Part shown: piece after piece, positions 29,497 to 42,576 of the stretch
Layout of the letters: each line of letters opens with the position of its first letter
How positions within the stretch are numbered: the stretch's first letter is position 1
NCBI GenBank assembly: GCA_963816145.1
Contig: CAWFJP010000029.1
Location: 352,001-416,000, forward strand
Length of the DNA stretch: 64,000 nt
Source of the DNA: an uncultured delta proteobacterium
Lineage (GTDB): Bacteria > Desulfobacterota > Binatia > UBA9968
Direction of reading: 5' to 3'
Program-made: the position numbers and the translations under genes
The notes under the pieces: generated by a model
The model's input: the letters and a program-made list of their open reading frames with translations, nothing else
The model's database searches: none
Told to the model about the DNA's origin: nothing

Positions 29497-30567
29497 ATGG
29501 GATTGGAGTTTTTCACGGTCGACGCCGCCGCGGCAGGTCAGCGCCTCGATGTGTTCGTCGCCGGCCGCTGTCCCGAGCCGAAGGAGGCAATCTTCATGAG
29601 CCGTGCCGGGGTAAAGCGGCTCATTGAGGCCGGGAACGTGACGGTCAATGGCGGGAGGGTTAAGGCCAGTCTGCGCTTGAAAGTGCAAGACCTGGTGGAG
29701 ATCCGCAGGCCGGAGGTGCGTGACATTGGGCTGGTCGGCGAAGCCTTGCCGTTGAACGTTATCTATGAAGACGAAGACGTTCTGGTTGTTAACAAAGCGG
29801 CTGGCATGGTTGTCCACCCTGCGGCGGGGTGCGCCAGCGGCACTTTGGTCAACGCGGTCTTGCACCACTGCCCAGCGATCGCCGGTATCGGTGGCGAGCG
29901 GCGGCCTGGGATCGTCCATCGTCTCGATAAAGACACCTCTGGCGTGATGGTAGTCGCGAAAAACGATTTGTCGATGCGCAGTTTGATGGAACAATTCAAG
30001 AGCCGGACTGTGCGCAAAGAATATCTCGCGCTGGTACATGGATGTTTGCCCGGCGAACGAGGCGAGATCGATCGCGCCATCGGCCGCCATCGGACCGATC
30101 GAAAGCGGATGTCCAGTCTGCGTGTGACCGGCAAGAGCCGCCAAGCGACCACACAGTGGGCGGTAGTAGAGCGTTACTTGATTGCGAAGACTGCGCGGGA
30201 TGTCGCTTGGTATTGTCTGATTCGCTTAGCACCTCGGACCGGGCGTACGCATCAAATTCGAGTTCATTTAGCAGATATGGGTCATCCTTTAGTAGGCGAC
30301 CGCGTCTACGGTCTGGGGTATCCGGTGGCGAGCCATGACGATAAACTCGGTGGTCGAGTCGCAGGCTTCCTGCGCCACGCGCTGCATGCGGAAAAATTGT
30401 CTTTTGATCATGTGCGTAGCGGTGCGCGTATGTGCTTTAGCGCGCCGCTAGCCGATGATATGGCCGGTTTGATCAATGATTTGACAAGCCACGCGGTGAC
30501 CGGCGAGGCATTTCGGCCTAATTTCTTTGCAACGAATGGGGTTGACAAGATTAGAAGTTTAAAATAG
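29497..30567 (+). CDS. rluD: RluA-family pseudouridine synthase (RluD-like)
   Basis: S4 domain, HRLDKDTSG, TGRTHQIRVH. Confidence 0.9.
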   Translation: MGLEFFTVDAAAAGQRLDVFVAGRCPEPKEAIFMSRAGVKRLIEAGNVTVNGGRVKASLRLKVQDLVEIRRPEVRDIGLVGEALPLNVIYEDEDVLVVNKAAGMVVHPAAGCASGTLVNAVLHHCPAIAGIGGERRPGIVHRLDKDTSGVMVVAKNDLSMRSLMEQFKSRTVRKEYLALVHGCLPGERGEIDRAIGRHRTDRKRMSSLRVTGKSRQATTQWAVVERYLIAKTARDVAWYCLIRLAPRTGRTHQIRVHLADMGHPLVGDRVYGLGYPVASHDDKLGGRVAGFLRHALHAEKLSFDHVRSGARMCFSAPLADDMAGLINDLTSHAVTGEAFRPNFFATNGVDKIRSLK

Positions 30568-30570
30568 TAT
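30542..30570 (+). promoter_or_regulatory. Sigma-70 promoter for rho, preceding a ~310-nt leader
   Basis: TTGACA-17-TAGTAT. Confidence 0.65.
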
Positions 30571-30884
30571 TCATTTACCGAGGATTTGTTCAGTAAACTC
30601 TTTTTAATCGTCCCCGCGCCGAAGTAAATTTTCATTCGCCGTTAATCGATCAGAGCTTATTTTGTTTTTCAAAAAAGAGATCCTTATCTGCGTTTAGCCG
30701 TTTGTCCCACGGCCGCACTTGCTTGTGCATCTGCGCCTGGCGCCAGCGTAATTTCGTTGCCACTTAAATTCCATACGGGGCACTGGCGTCATCGGTTTTT
30801 GAAGATCCCAGCAAGTGCCTGTTTTAGACCCGATTTCATAAAGATGGATTACAGCTTTGAGTGTTGAAAGGAGAAGCATAGTGT

Positions 30885-32210
30885 ATGGTTCGTGGTAGAA
30901 CTCGATCCGCTGAGGCGGAGACCGTAGAGGAAGTCGTCAAGGAAGTTGTCAAAGACAACGGGTTGAATCTCAAAGCCCTCAAGGAAAAAAAGATCGGCGA
31001 TCTAGCGCTGATCGGCAAGACCTTTAATATCGAGGGTGCCGCCAATATGCGCAAACAGGATTTGATTTTTGCGATCCTGCAGGCGCAGACCGAGCAAAAC
31101 GGTCATGTCTATGGCGAAGGAGTCTTGGAGACTCTGCCCGACGGTTTTGGCTTTCTGCGCGCCCCCGATTATAACTATCTGCCCGGTCCGGATGATATCT
31201 ATGTTTCGCCCAGTCAGATTCGTCGTTTCAGCTTGCGCACTGGCGATATCATATCGGGTCATATTCGGCCGCCCAAAGAAGGCGAGCGTTATTTTGCCTT
31301 GCTCAAGGTCGAGACCATCAACTATGAAGATCCTGAGCGCGCCCGCGAAAAAATTCTATTCGACAACCTGACACCGCTTTATCCCAACGAGCGTTTGTGT
31401 TTGGAAAATCAGCCCACCGACTACACCACTCGAATCGTCGATTTGCTGACCCCCATCGGCAAGGGTCAGCGTGGCTTGATCGTGGCAGCACCGCGCACCG
31501 GTAAAACGATGATGCTGCAGCATATCGCCAAGGCGATTGCACATAATCATCAAGAAGTAGTGCTAATCGTCCTATTGATCGACGAGCGGCCGGAAGAAGT
31601 CACCGACATGCAACGTTCGGTCGACGGCGAAGTCATCAGCTCGACCTTCGACGAACCGGCGACGCGCCATGTGCAAGTGGCGGAGATGGTGATCGAAAAA
31701 GCCAAACGGTTGGTTGAGCATGGCAAGGACGTGGTCATCTTGCTCGATAGCATCACGCGCTTGGCGCGCGCATACAACACCGTAGTGCCGCCGAGCGGCA
31801 AAATTCTCTCCGGCGGTGTCGATTCCAACGCGCTCCACAAACCCAAGAAATTCTTCGGCGCCGCCCGCAATATCGAAGACGGCGGGAGTTTGACAATTAT
31901 CGCCACGGCTTTAATCGACACCGGCAGTCGTATGGACGAAGTGATCTTCGAAGAGTTCAAGGGCACCGGCAATATGGAAGTCCATCTGGACCGGCGCTTA
32001 ATGGATAAACGGGTTTTCCCGGCCATCGATATCAATAAATCGGGAACTCGTAAGGAAGAGCTGTTGATACCGCGCGAGGATCTCAATCGCATTTGGATTC
32101 TACGCAAAGTCTTGTCTCAGCTGAGTGTCGTCGAATCGATGGAATTCCTGCTCGATAAGATGCACGGCAGCAAGACGAATAAGGAATTTCTCGAATCGAT
32201 GAATCAATAG
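30885..32210 (+). CDS. rho: Transcription termination factor Rho
   Basis: [41 protein letters not shown]. Confidence 0.98.
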   Translation: MVRGRTRSAEAETVEEVVKEVVKDNGLNLKALKEKKIGDLALIGKTFNIEGAANMRKQDLIFAILQAQTEQNGHVYGEGVLETLPDGFGFLRAPDYNYLPGPDDIYVSPSQIRRFSLRTGDIISGHIRPPKEGERYFALLKVETINYEDPERAREKILFDNLTPLYPNERLCLENQPTDYTTRIVDLLTPIGKGQRGLIVAAPRTGKTMMLQHIAKAIAHNHQEVVLIVLLIDERPEEVTDMQRSVDGEVISSTFDEPATRHVQVAEMVIEKAKRLVEHGKDVVILLDSITRLARAYNTVVPPSGKILSGGVDSNALHKPKKFFGAARNIEDGGSLTIIATALIDTGSRMDEVIFEEFKGTGNMEVHLDRRLMDKRVFPAIDINKSGTRKEELLIPREDLNRIWILRKVLSQLSVVESMEFLLDKMHGSKTNKEFLESMNQ

Positions 32211-32350
32211 TTTCTGCAGTGATTGGCAAACTTGCGTCAACTGACGATCTCTGTTAAAACGCGGAGCATTGTCGTCACGTATGTCGTCCTTAGGTTGATG
32301 AGAATCTGCCTGCTGGCAGAGCTCCCGACTCAAGGGTTTTATTGATCCAA

Positions 32351-32440
32351 TACACACCCTCGCCGATTGTTAGCGCGGTGCCTATGGTCTAGGTGCGCTG
32401 GCGAAATGACGCGAGGGGAGGAAAAAAACCGAAGGAGAGT
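32351..32440 (+). promoter_or_regulatory. Putative rpsB 5' leader (S2 autoregulatory, t44-like)
   Basis: ACACAC, stem CCCTCGC/GCGAGGG enclosing GGTGC, then GGAGG-AAAAAAACC immediately upstream of rpsB. Confidence 0.6.
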
Positions 32441-32443
32441 GGT

Positions 32444-33217
32444 ATGGCCGAGATTTCAATGAAACAATTGCTGGAGGCGGGTGTCCATTTCGGGCATCAG
32501 ACCAGCCGGTGGAACCCGAAGATGAAGCCCTACATCTTTGGCGCGCGCAATGGCATCCATATCATCGATTTGCAGCAGACGGTGTCGATGTTCAAGGATC
32601 TCGAGGCCGTCGTGCGGGATTTGGCTGCATCTGGTGGCCACGTTTTGTTTGTTGGAACCAAGAAGCAAGCGCAGGATGCGATTCGTGAAGAGGCGACCCG
32701 CTGTGGCATGTACTACGTGCACAACCGCTGGCTCGGCGGTACCCTGACCAATTTTACGACGATTCGCCAGAGTATCGAGCGGTTGCGTAAAATAGAAGAG
32801 ATGGAAGCCGACCCGAAAATCGTCGATGCCCTGACCAAGAAAGAGATGCTTGGGCTGCGACGTGAGAAAGATAAGCTGGAGCAATCGCTCGGCGGTATCA
32901 AAACGATGCGCAAGTTGCCCGATGCGATATTCGTGATCGACCCCAAGCAAGAAGAAATCGCGGTTAAAGAGGCGCGGAAGCTCGGTGTTCCGGTCATCGC
33001 GGTGATAGACAGCAACTGCGATCCAGATATGATCGACTACAAGGTGCCAGGCAATGACGACGCGATCCGCGCGATACGTTTATTCTGTCAGGCGATCGCT
33101 GAAGCGGTGATTGAGGGCCGCACTATCTACGAGCAGTCTTTGGTCAAGGAGAAAGTCGATGACCGACCTACCGGCGAAGCGGTGTCTGCGGCAGAGGGAG
33201 CGGCCGGAGGAGTTTAG
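32444..33217 (+). CDS. rpsB: 30S ribosomal protein S2
   Basis: [36 protein letters not shown]. Confidence 0.98.
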   Translation: MAEISMKQLLEAGVHFGHQTSRWNPKMKPYIFGARNGIHIIDLQQTVSMFKDLEAVVRDLAASGGHVLFVGTKKQAQDAIREEATRCGMYYVHNRWLGGTLTNFTTIRQSIERLRKIEEMEADPKIVDALTKKEMLGLRREKDKLEQSLGGIKTMRKLPDAIFVIDPKQEEIAVKEARKLGVPVIAVIDSNCDPDMIDYKVPGNDDAIRAIRLFCQAIAEAVIEGRTIYEQSLVKEKVDDRPTGEAVSAAEGAAGGV

Positions 33218-33222
33218 GCGAC

Positions 33223-35136
<1,914 letters not shown>

Positions 35137-35240
35137 CTAACCATTCTATCTCTCGCTGCCTACCGTGGATCGTAACCGGGGTTATCCTTCCGAGCAAGAT
35201 TTTTACCTTCACCGATGAACGATATTCGACACAGGGTTCT

Positions 35241-36020
35241 GTGGAGCTAGATGGCCTGGATAAGAGCCGTTTACCGCAGCATGTTGCCATCATTATGGAC
35301 GGTAACGGACGGTGGGCGACGCAGCGGCGCAAGCATCGCATCGAAGGACATCGGCGCGGTAAAACCTCAGTTCGGGTCATCGTCGAGATGAGCCGCAAGA
35401 TCGGCATCCGTTACCTCTCCCTCTACGCTTTTTCCACCGAAAACTGGTTTCGCCCCGACGACGAGGTCGAGGCGTTGATGGGATTGTTGGAACATTATCT
35501 GGTGGCGGAGCAGGCCAAGATGATGCGCTACGGCATTCGCCTGCTGTCGGTAGGGGATCGTAGCCGGCTGCCTGCCGGGGTGCGGCAAACCTTGGAGAGG
35601 GTGATCGAGGCTACCGCCAACAATCAACGTATGACGGTGGTTCTGGCTCTCAGTTACAGCGGCCGCGATGATATCGTGCGCATGGCAAGAAGCCTGGCGC
35701 AGCAGGTAAAAACGGGAGCCTGCCAACCGGAGTCCGTCGACGAGCAGTGGATTTCTGCTCATCTTGACACCGCGATGGTGCCCGATCCTGATCTCTTGAT
35801 TCGCACCAGCGGTGAGATGCGGATCAGTAATTTTTTTCTCTGGCAGATCGCTTACAGCGAGCTTTATGTCACGCCGACTCTCTGGCCGGACTTTCGTGAA
35901 AAGGAATATCTTCAAGCGCTCCTCGATTATCAACGTCGGCGCCGGCGCTTTGGCCGTACCGACGAACAGCTGGCTGAAAGCCCGATGGCTACGATGGAGG
36001 CGGGTGGACGGAAATCTTAA
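35241..36020 (+). CDS. uppS: Undecaprenyl diphosphate synthase
   Basis: HVAIIMDGNGRWA, FSTENW, IRTSGE.RISNF. Confidence 0.97.
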   Translation: MELDGLDKSRLPQHVAIIMDGNGRWATQRRKHRIEGHRRGKTSVRVIVEMSRKIGIRYLSLYAFSTENWFRPDDEVEALMGLLEHYLVAEQAKMMRYGIRLLSVGDRSRLPAGVRQTLERVIEATANNQRMTVVLALSYSGRDDIVRMARSLAQQVKTGACQPESVDEQWISAHLDTAMVPDPDLLIRTSGEMRISNFFLWQIAYSELYVTPTLWPDFREKEYLQALLDYQRRRRRFGRTDEQLAESPMATMEAGGRKS

Positions 36021-36810
36021 AGCACGGATTGGCACCGCTGCGGTGGGATTACCGCTGCTGGCGTGGTTGGTCGGCTGGAGTCCGCCATGGCTATTCTCGT
36101 CAGTCTTTTTTTTGCTCACGTTGGCCGCGTTGCGAGAATATTTCGCGATGATCTGTCCCGGCGATCCGTGGCAGCAGTCACGCGGTATTCTTTTCGGCAG
36201 CGCCATCGGTCTTGCCGTCATGAGTGTTCCTGCATCTTCCGTGGCACTCTGGCTTAGCATTTTTTTGATCCTACTATTTGCGAGTACGCTGTGGGCAGGC
36301 GGGTCTCTCGCCGATCGGCTAAACCGGCTGGGTTGGACATTGTTGGGCGGGCTGTATATCGGATTTTTGGTGCCGCAGCTGGCTCTGTTATTTGAACTGA
36401 AAGACGGGCGTGCCTGGGTAGCATTTCTATTTTTGGTCGTTATGGCCGGCGACTCGTCGGCCTATTTCATCGGCCGGAGATTCGGCACACGCAAACTGGC
36501 TCCAACGATAAGTCCTAGCAAGACCGTCGAAGGTTCCATCGCCTATGTGATCGGCAGTATCGCTATTGGCATGGTCGCCGCGTTGCTCTTGCCGCTGCCG
36601 GTGGCCTTATTTGAGGCCGCCATGCTTGCATTGATCATGAGCCTGCTCGGCCAAATCGGCGATCTTTTTGAATCTTTGATTAAACGCGCGTTCGCAGTTA
36701 AGGATTCCGGCGAACTTTTGCCGGGCCACGGCGGGGTTTTGGATCGCCTCGACAGTTTGATATTCCCGGTAGTGTTCGCAACATTTTACCTGAAGGTTAT
36801 GCATTCATGA
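36004..36810 (+). CDS. cdsA: Phosphatidate cytidylyltransferase
   Basis: SPSKTVEG, GDLFES.IKR...KDSG.LLPGHGGVLDRLD. Confidence 0.95.
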   Translation: MDGNLKARIGTAAVGLPLLAWLVGWSPPWLFSSVFFLLTLAALREYFAMICPGDPWQQSRGILFGSAIGLAVMSVPASSVALWLSIFLILLFASTLWAGGSLADRLNRLGWTLLGGLYIGFLVPQLALLFELKDGRAWVAFLFLVVMAGDSSAYFIGRRFGTRKLAPTISPSKTVEGSIAYVIGSIAIGMVAALLLPLPVALFEAAMLALIMSLLGQIGDLFESLIKRAFAVKDSGELLPGHGGVLDRLDSLIFPVVFATFYLKVMHS

Positions 36811-37955
36811 GAACAATCGCCCTATTGGGTTCCACCGGATCGATCGGTGTTAGCACTTTGGCGCTCGTACGGGAGTTTCCCGAGCATTTCAAAATCCACG
36901 GCATGGTGGCGGGGCGCAATTTGCCGTTGCTTGCCCGGCAAATAATCGAGTTCTCACCGGCGCTGGTGGCGATCGAGCGTGAGGAAGATATTGCGCCGCT
37001 GCGCAAACTACTGGGCAAATCCAAAGTGGAAATCCTGTGCGGCCAAGCCGGCGCTATCGAGGTTGCCACCGGCTCCAAAGTCGATGTCGTGTTAGCGGCG
37101 ATCGTCGGCGGCGCAGGTTTGATGCCGACACTGCGCGGTTTGCTAGCAGGAAAAGAAATTGCGCTAGCCAATAAAGAAGCCCTGGTGATGGCTGGCGAAC
37201 TGTTTATCAACGCTGCCAAGAAGAAAGGCGTGCGCCTCTTGCCGGTAGACAGCGAGCACAGCGCAATCTTTCAGTGTTTGCAAGGGAACCAACGCGGCGA
37301 AGTCGACAAGCTCATTTTGACCGCCTCGGGCGGGCCGTTCCTGCGCACGCCGCTCGCCCGTTTGGCAAATGTTACGATCACTCAAGCGCTCAAGCATCCC
37401 AACTGGAAAATGGGCCGGAAGATCACCATCGATTCGGCGACAATGATGAACAAGGGACTGGAAGTCGTCGAAGCGCGCTGGGAGTTCGATATGGAACCGA
37501 GCGGCATCCAAGTCGTGATTCACCCGCAGAGCATCGTGCATTCGATGGTGCGTTATCAAGACGGCGCGATCATGGCGCAACTGGGGATTGCCGATATGCG
37601 TATTCCGATCGCTTACGCGTTGGCCTATCCGCACCGCCTCAAGGGCAGTTGGGAACCGCTCAATTTGACCAAGCACGGCGAGCTGAATTTCCTCCCGGTG
37701 GAGAAAAAGCGCTTTCCCGCTCTCGCCCTGGCCTACGCGGCGCTCAACGAGGGCGGTACCATGCCGGCAGTGCTCAACGCGGCAAATGAAGTGGCGGTGG
37801 CGGCTTTCTTGGCGGGGAGGGTAGGATTTCGCGAAATTCATCGTATAATTGATCGAACCATGCAGCGCCATCAGTGTAGACATGCGAAGAACATAGACGA
37901 GGTCATTGAAGTCGACCGTTGGGCGCGCGAGATCGCGTCGGCTTACGTTGTTTAG
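36807..37955 (+). CDS. dxr: 1-deoxy-D-xylulose 5-phosphate reductoisomerase
   Basis: GSTGSIG, LANKE, PVDSEHSA, HPNWKMG.KITIDSATM. Confidence 0.98.
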   Translation: MRTIALLGSTGSIGVSTLALVREFPEHFKIHGMVAGRNLPLLARQIIEFSPALVAIEREEDIAPLRKLLGKSKVEILCGQAGAIEVATGSKVDVVLAAIVGGAGLMPTLRGLLAGKEIALANKEALVMAGELFINAAKKKGVRLLPVDSEHSAIFQCLQGNQRGEVDKLILTASGGPFLRTPLARLANVTITQALKHPNWKMGRKITIDSATMMNKGLEVVEARWEFDMEPSGIQVVIHPQSIVHSMVRYQDGAIMAQLGIADMRIPIAYALAYPHRLKGSWEPLNLTKHGELNFLPVEKKRFPALALAYAALNEGGTMPAVLNAANEVAVAAFLAGRVGFREIHRIIDRTMQRHQCRHAKNIDEVIEVDRWAREIASAYVV

Positions 37956-37977
37956 TCGAAAATCGAGGAGTATTGCG

Positions 37978-39060
37978 ATGGAAGGTTTTCTATATTCGAT
38001 CGGTTCAGCCGTCATTGGTTTGGGGGTGCTGATCGTATTTCATGAGTTTGGCCATTTCTTGCTAGCGAAATTGTCCGGTGTCGGCGTGCTGACTTTTTCG
38101 GTGGGGTTCGGTCCGAAAATCTTCGTGCGAAAGAAAGGCGAGACCGAATATGCCTTGAGTGCGTTTCCCCTGGGTGGCTACGTTAAGATGATCGGCGAGG
38201 ATCCGGACGAGGAGGTGTCGGCCGCTGATAGGGAACGGTCCTTCGCCCACAAGAGTCTGCTCAAACGATTCGCCATCGTCTTTGCCGGCCCCGGCTTTAA
38301 CCTGATGCTGGCGGTGCTGTTGCTTATGCTGGTGTTTGTTTTCTACGGCGTGCCGGTTATGTCGACGCTTATCAGCGGCGTCGAAAAAGGGTCGCCGGCG
38401 GAACGGGCTGGCATCGCCAAAGGCGATCGCATCGTTGCCATTGACGGCAAACCGGTGGTCGAGTGGGACGATTTGTCGCAAACCATCAAATCAAGCCAAG
38501 GGAAATCTTTGAACTTGGAGATTCGCCGCGGCACCGAGCTGGTCAAGTTGGCGGTCCAACCGACGCGCAAAGAAGGGCGCAGCATTTTCGGCGAGCGCAA
38601 AGATGACTGGATGATCGGTATCGGCAGTCAGGTTTCAATTGAAAAAGGCAAACCGGGCTTGGCGGTGGTCAGGGCGTTTTATCAAACTTGGGAATACATC
38701 AAGATCACCGTGCTGGGATTTTACAAGATGATCACGGGCGATGTGTCGCCGAAGAACATCGGCGGCCCGATTTTGATCGCGCAGATGGCCGGCCAGCAGG
38801 CCCAGGAAGGGGTCGGCAGTTTTCTCGCGTTTCTCGCCGTGCTCAGCATCAATCTCGGTGTGCTTAATCTCTTGCCGGTGCCGGTGCTCGATGGCGGCCA
38901 CCTGTTGTTTTTTCTGGTCGAGGCGGTGATTCGCAAACCGGTGTCGATCCGCGTGCGTGAGATGGCCCAGCAGGTCGGTATCTGTCTACTGGGGTTGTTA
39001 ATGGTCTATGCCTTCTACAACGACATCGTGCGGTTCTTCGAGAAGCAGGTCGGTGGATGA
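37978..39060 (+). CDS. rseP: RIP metalloprotease RseP
   Basis: HEFGH, PDZ domain, NLLPVPVLDGG. Confidence 0.96.
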   Translation: MEGFLYSIGSAVIGLGVLIVFHEFGHFLLAKLSGVGVLTFSVGFGPKIFVRKKGETEYALSAFPLGGYVKMIGEDPDEEVSAADRERSFAHKSLLKRFAIVFAGPGFNLMLAVLLLMLVFVFYGVPVMSTLISGVEKGSPAERAGIAKGDRIVAIDGKPVVEWDDLSQTIKSSQGKSLNLEIRRGTELVKLAVQPTRKEGRSIFGERKDDWMIGIGSQVSIEKGKPGLAVVRAFYQTWEYIKITVLGFYKMITGDVSPKNIGGPILIAQMAGQQAQEGVGSFLAFLAVLSINLGVLNLLPVPVLDGGHLLFFLVEAVIRKPVSIRVREMAQQVGICLLGLLMVYAFYNDIVRFFEKQVGG

Positions 39061-39806
39061 CGATCCTGGGCGTAGATACGGCTACAGCCGTCTCTAGTGT
39101 CGCTTTACTCGAAGATGGACAAGTGAGTGCCGAGGCAATCTTTCCGCCTCAGAGTCCAGACGGAGTCACAGTTAGCTCCAAGAGTAACCACTCGGAAACT
39201 GTCCTACCGCTGATCCAATCCGTGCTTGAGACCAGGCATCGCCGGTTTTCAGATATTGATGCCATCGCAGTTTCCATCGGTCCGGGGTCGTTTACCGGTT
39301 TACGTATCGGTTTGGCTTTGGTCAAAGGGCTCGCATACGAATGTAATTTACCGGTGGTCGGTGTGTCGAGCCTTGAAGCACAGGCCGCTCGGGTGACTGA
39401 ATTGGTCGGTGCGATCTGCCCATTGCTCGACGCGCGTAAGCAGGAAGTTTATGCGGCTTTGTTCGATCGACGTGATGAAAAACTGGTTCGTTGTCGCGCC
39501 GACCAGGCGATCGAGGTGTCGGAGTTGATTGGCTTGTTTGGCGCAATTACTGACACGGCTGCGATCGCATTTGTCGGCAACGGTGCGGCACGCTATCGGG
39601 AGCAGATCGTGGATTTGTTCGGTGAGCGCGCGCAGATCATTGGTGAGAATTGCGGCGGCAGTGCCGCGGGAGCACTGGCACGCTTGGCTTTGGCGCGTTT
39701 AACCGATGCGTCGGGAGCCGATTTGGGGCAGTTGGTGCCGCTCTATTTGGGTGCCTCGCAGGCCCTTGGGAATACTCGTAGAATTCTCCCTAACCCGTTG
39801 AAATAA
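39057..39806 (+). CDS. tsaB: t6A biosynthesis protein TsaB
   Basis: LGVDT, GPGSFTGLRIG, DARKQEVY. Confidence 0.95.
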   Translation: MTILGVDTATAVSSVALLEDGQVSAEAIFPPQSPDGVTVSSKSNHSETVLPLIQSVLETRHRRFSDIDAIAVSIGPGSFTGLRIGLALVKGLAYECNLPVVGVSSLEAQAARVTELVGAICPLLDARKQEVYAALFDRRDEKLVRCRADQAIEVSELIGLFGAITDTAAIAFVGNGAARYREQIVDLFGERAQIIGENCGGSAAGALARLALARLTDASGADLGQLVPLYLGASQALGNTRRILPNPLK

Positions 39807-39822
39807 TAAAGAGAAAGCTACG

Positions 39823-39851
39823 TTGACAAAGCCCCGACCGTAAGTTAGATT
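39823..39851 (+). promoter_or_regulatory. Sigma-70 promoter of the DUF465-ilvBN unit
   Basis: TTGACA-17-TAGATT. Confidence 0.6.
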
Positions 39852-39895
39852 GAGCCCGCTCAGAATTAAGATTTCCTAAAAAGGAGGCCGCACTT

Positions 39896-40132
39896 ATGGA
39901 AAATAGTGAAGAATCGGCGATCGTCTCCCTCTTGGATAAGGACCCGGAACTCAAGAAATACTACGATGAGCATCAAGCCTTCGAGAAACAGCTTGCCGCG
40001 CTGCACCATAAGGGACATCTATCGGCCGACGAAGAAGTTGAAATGAAACGAATTCAGAAACTCAAGCTCGCCGGCAAAGACAAGATGATGGAGCTTTTGG
40101 GAAAGCATCGTCAGTTCGGCGCTCGCAGTTAA
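39896..40132 (+). CDS. DUF465/YdcH-like small coiled-coil protein
   Basis: EH..FEKQL...KLKLAGKD; AGGAGG RBS. Confidence 0.8.
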   Translation: MENSEESAIVSLLDKDPELKKYYDEHQAFEKQLAALHHKGHLSADEEVEMKRIQKLKLAGKDKMMELLGKHRQFGARS

Positions 40133-40135
40133 GGA

Positions 40136-41920
40136 GTGGTAATGAAGATTACGGGCGCGGAAATATTTTGTGAGTCGCTACGCCGCGAAGGTGTGAAAAC
40201 CGTTTTTGGCTTGCCCGGCGGCGTTGTCCTGAAGATTTTTGATGTGCTGTGCCAGCGAAAAGATTTGCAGTTGATATTGACTCGCCACGAGCAGGGCGCT
40301 GCCCACATGGCGGAGGGCTACGCTAAAGCGACGGGCAAGGCTGGCGTTGTGCTGGTGACCTCTGGTCCGGGCATGACCAATATCGTCACCGGCTTGGCCG
40401 ACGCGCACATGGATTCGGTGCCGTTGGTGGCATTTACCGGGCAAGTCTCGACAGATCTCATCGGCAACGATGCGTTTCAGGAAGCTGATAACGTCGGCAT
40501 CAGCCGCCCCTGTACCAAGCACAATGTGTTGGTGAAAGACGTGAACGATCTCGCCCAGGCGGTGAAGGAAGCGTTCTACATCGCGACCAGCGGACGGCCC
40601 GGTCCGGTGTTGGTCGATATTCCCAAAGATGTCAGCACGGCAAAGACTGAATTCATATATCCCGACAAGGTCAATTTGCGCGGCTATAGCCCTCTCACCG
40701 GCGGCGACAAGTCGCAGATCCGGCAAGCGGCTGAAGCGATCATGAAATCGAAGCGGCCGATCATCTACGTCGGCGGCGGCGCGGTGTTTGGCGATGCCGC
40801 TGACGAAGTCCGCGAACTCGCTGAGATCACCCAGATTCCCGTGACAATGACGTTGATGGGCCTCGGTACCTTCCCCGGTACCCACGAGCTTTCCTTGGGC
40901 ATGCTAGGTATGCACGGCGGCTACTGGAGCAACATGGCGATGCACGAGTCGGATCTGCTGATCGCCGTTGGGGCTCGTTTCGACGATCGCGTTACCGGGA
41001 AGCTTTCGGAGTTTTGTCCTGGCGCTCGGGTCATTCACATCGATATCGATCCGACCTCGATTCGCAAGACATTTCATGCCCATATCCCCATCGTCGGCGA
41101 CGTCAAGTCGGTGCTGCGCCAGGTGAATGTCGTGTTGCGTTCTCTCGATGGCAATCCGACGGCGATGAAAGCGCGCCGCACGCCATGGCTCAAGCAAATC
41201 GATGCGTGGAAGAAAGAGCACCCGCTCTGTTACAAGCAGGACGATAAGATCACCAAGCCCCAGTATGTCGTCGAAAAACTTTACGAGCTGACCAAGCACG
41301 AAGCGATCGTGGCCACGGATGTCGGGCAGCATCAAATGTTCGCAGCGCAATATTTCAAAGGCAAGAAGCCGCGCACCTGGCTTACCTCCGGCGGCTTGGG
41401 CACGATGGGTTTTGGTTTTCCGGCGGCGATCGGCGCTCAGGTGGCGTATCCCAACCGCCAAGTGGTCTGCATCACCAGTGAAGGCAGTTTTCAGATGAAC
41501 CTTCAGGAACTGGTGGTGGCGGCCGAGCATAAGCTGCCGGTGAAGATCGTCCTGTTAAACAACGGCGTGCACGGCATGGTGCGCCAGTGGCAGGATCTTT
41601 TCTATGAGAGCCGCTATTCGGCCAGTATCCTTGGAAAAATGCCGGACTTTGTAAAGCTCGCGGATGCCTACGGCATCAAAGGTCTGCGCGCATTGAAGCC
41701 CAGCGAAGTGGAGGGAGTTCTCAAGGAGGGGTTGAAGCACAAAGGGCCAGTGCTGATGGATATTCACACCGATCCCTTCGAAAACTGCTACCCGATGATT
41801 CCGGCTGGCGGGGCGCAACATGAAATGATGTTGGAAGATCCGCCGGAGCTCAAATTGACGCGCAAGGGCGGAGCACATAAGAGAAAGGTGGATGAAGGCG
41901 AGGGGGTTCTTCCTGCCTGA
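40136..41920 (+). CDS. ilvB: Acetolactate synthase large subunit
   Basis: RHEQGA, TSGPG, GMLGMHG, GLGTMGFG, GMVRQWQ. Confidence 0.97.
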   Translation: MVMKITGAEIFCESLRREGVKTVFGLPGGVVLKIFDVLCQRKDLQLILTRHEQGAAHMAEGYAKATGKAGVVLVTSGPGMTNIVTGLADAHMDSVPLVAFTGQVSTDLIGNDAFQEADNVGISRPCTKHNVLVKDVNDLAQAVKEAFYIATSGRPGPVLVDIPKDVSTAKTEFIYPDKVNLRGYSPLTGGDKSQIRQAAEAIMKSKRPIIYVGGGAVFGDAADEVRELAEITQIPVTMTLMGLGTFPGTHELSLGMLGMHGGYWSNMAMHESDLLIAVGARFDDRVTGKLSEFCPGARVIHIDIDPTSIRKTFHAHIPIVGDVKSVLRQVNVVLRSLDGNPTAMKARRTPWLKQIDAWKKEHPLCYKQDDKITKPQYVVEKLYELTKHEAIVATDVGQHQMFAAQYFKGKKPRTWLTSGGLGTMGFGFPAAIGAQVAYPNRQVVCITSEGSFQMNLQELVVAAEHKLPVKIVLLNNGVHGMVRQWQDLFYESRYSASILGKMPDFVKLADAYGIKGLRALKPSEVEGVLKEGLKHKGPVLMDIHTDPFENCYPMIPAGGAQHEMMLEDPPELKLTRKGGAHKRKVDEGEGVLPA

Positions 41921-41932
41921 TATCGTTAGCGA

Positions 41933-42454
41933 ATGGAACATATCATATCGGTTCTTGTCGAGAATAAATTCGGAGTCTTAGCACGGGTGGCAGGCCTATT
42001 CAGCGCGCGCGGCTACAACATAGAGAGTTTGTCGGTGGCGCCAACCCTGGACCCGACGACTTCGATGATCACGATCGTAACCGTAGGCGATGATCGGATC
42101 ATCGAGCAGATCATGAAGCAGCTCAACAAAGTGGTCGAAGTGCTAAGCGTGGTCGACCATACGGAAACCGACTTCTTGGATCGGGAAACGGTATTGATCA
42201 AAGTCAATACCAAGCCCGAGCATCGGGACGAGGCGATTCGCATCGCCGAAATCTTTCGCGCCAAGATCGTCGATTCATCGCCGACGACTTATACCATTGA
42301 AATCACCGGCGACGTTGACAAAGTCGAGGCGATGATCGGTATGCTCAAGCCGCTGGGGATAAGGGATTTGATTCGCACCGGCCGGATCGCAATCTCGCGC
42401 GAGACCACCAGAACGGCTTCGCCGCGTCGGGAACCAGCGTTGTTGAAGCCGTAG
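41933..42454 (+). CDS. ilvN: Acetolactate synthase small subunit
   Basis: LVENKFGVLARVAGLFSARGYNIESL ACT domain. Confidence 0.96.
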   Translation: MEHIISVLVENKFGVLARVAGLFSARGYNIESLSVAPTLDPTTSMITIVTVGDDRIIEQIMKQLNKVVEVLSVVDHTETDFLDRETVLIKVNTKPEHRDEAIRIAEIFRAKIVDSSPTTYTIEITGDVDKVEAMIGMLKPLGIRDLIRTGRIAISRETTRTASPRREPALLKP

Positions 42455-42497
42455 TTTGTAGTTTGGTTTGGCGCCATCGGACTTGGCAAAAGTCCAC

Positions 42498-42548
42498 ACA
42501 AACAAAGACACCGGTCATGAGTGGTTATGACCGGTGTCGTTGTGTTTT
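42498..42548. terminator. Probable bidirectional intrinsic terminator
   Basis: GACACCGGTCAT/ATGACCGGTGTC stem with A-rich and T-rich flanks between convergent genes. Confidence 0.75.
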
Positions 42549-42576
42549 CGCCACTGATTGCGAGCCGCTAGCGGTT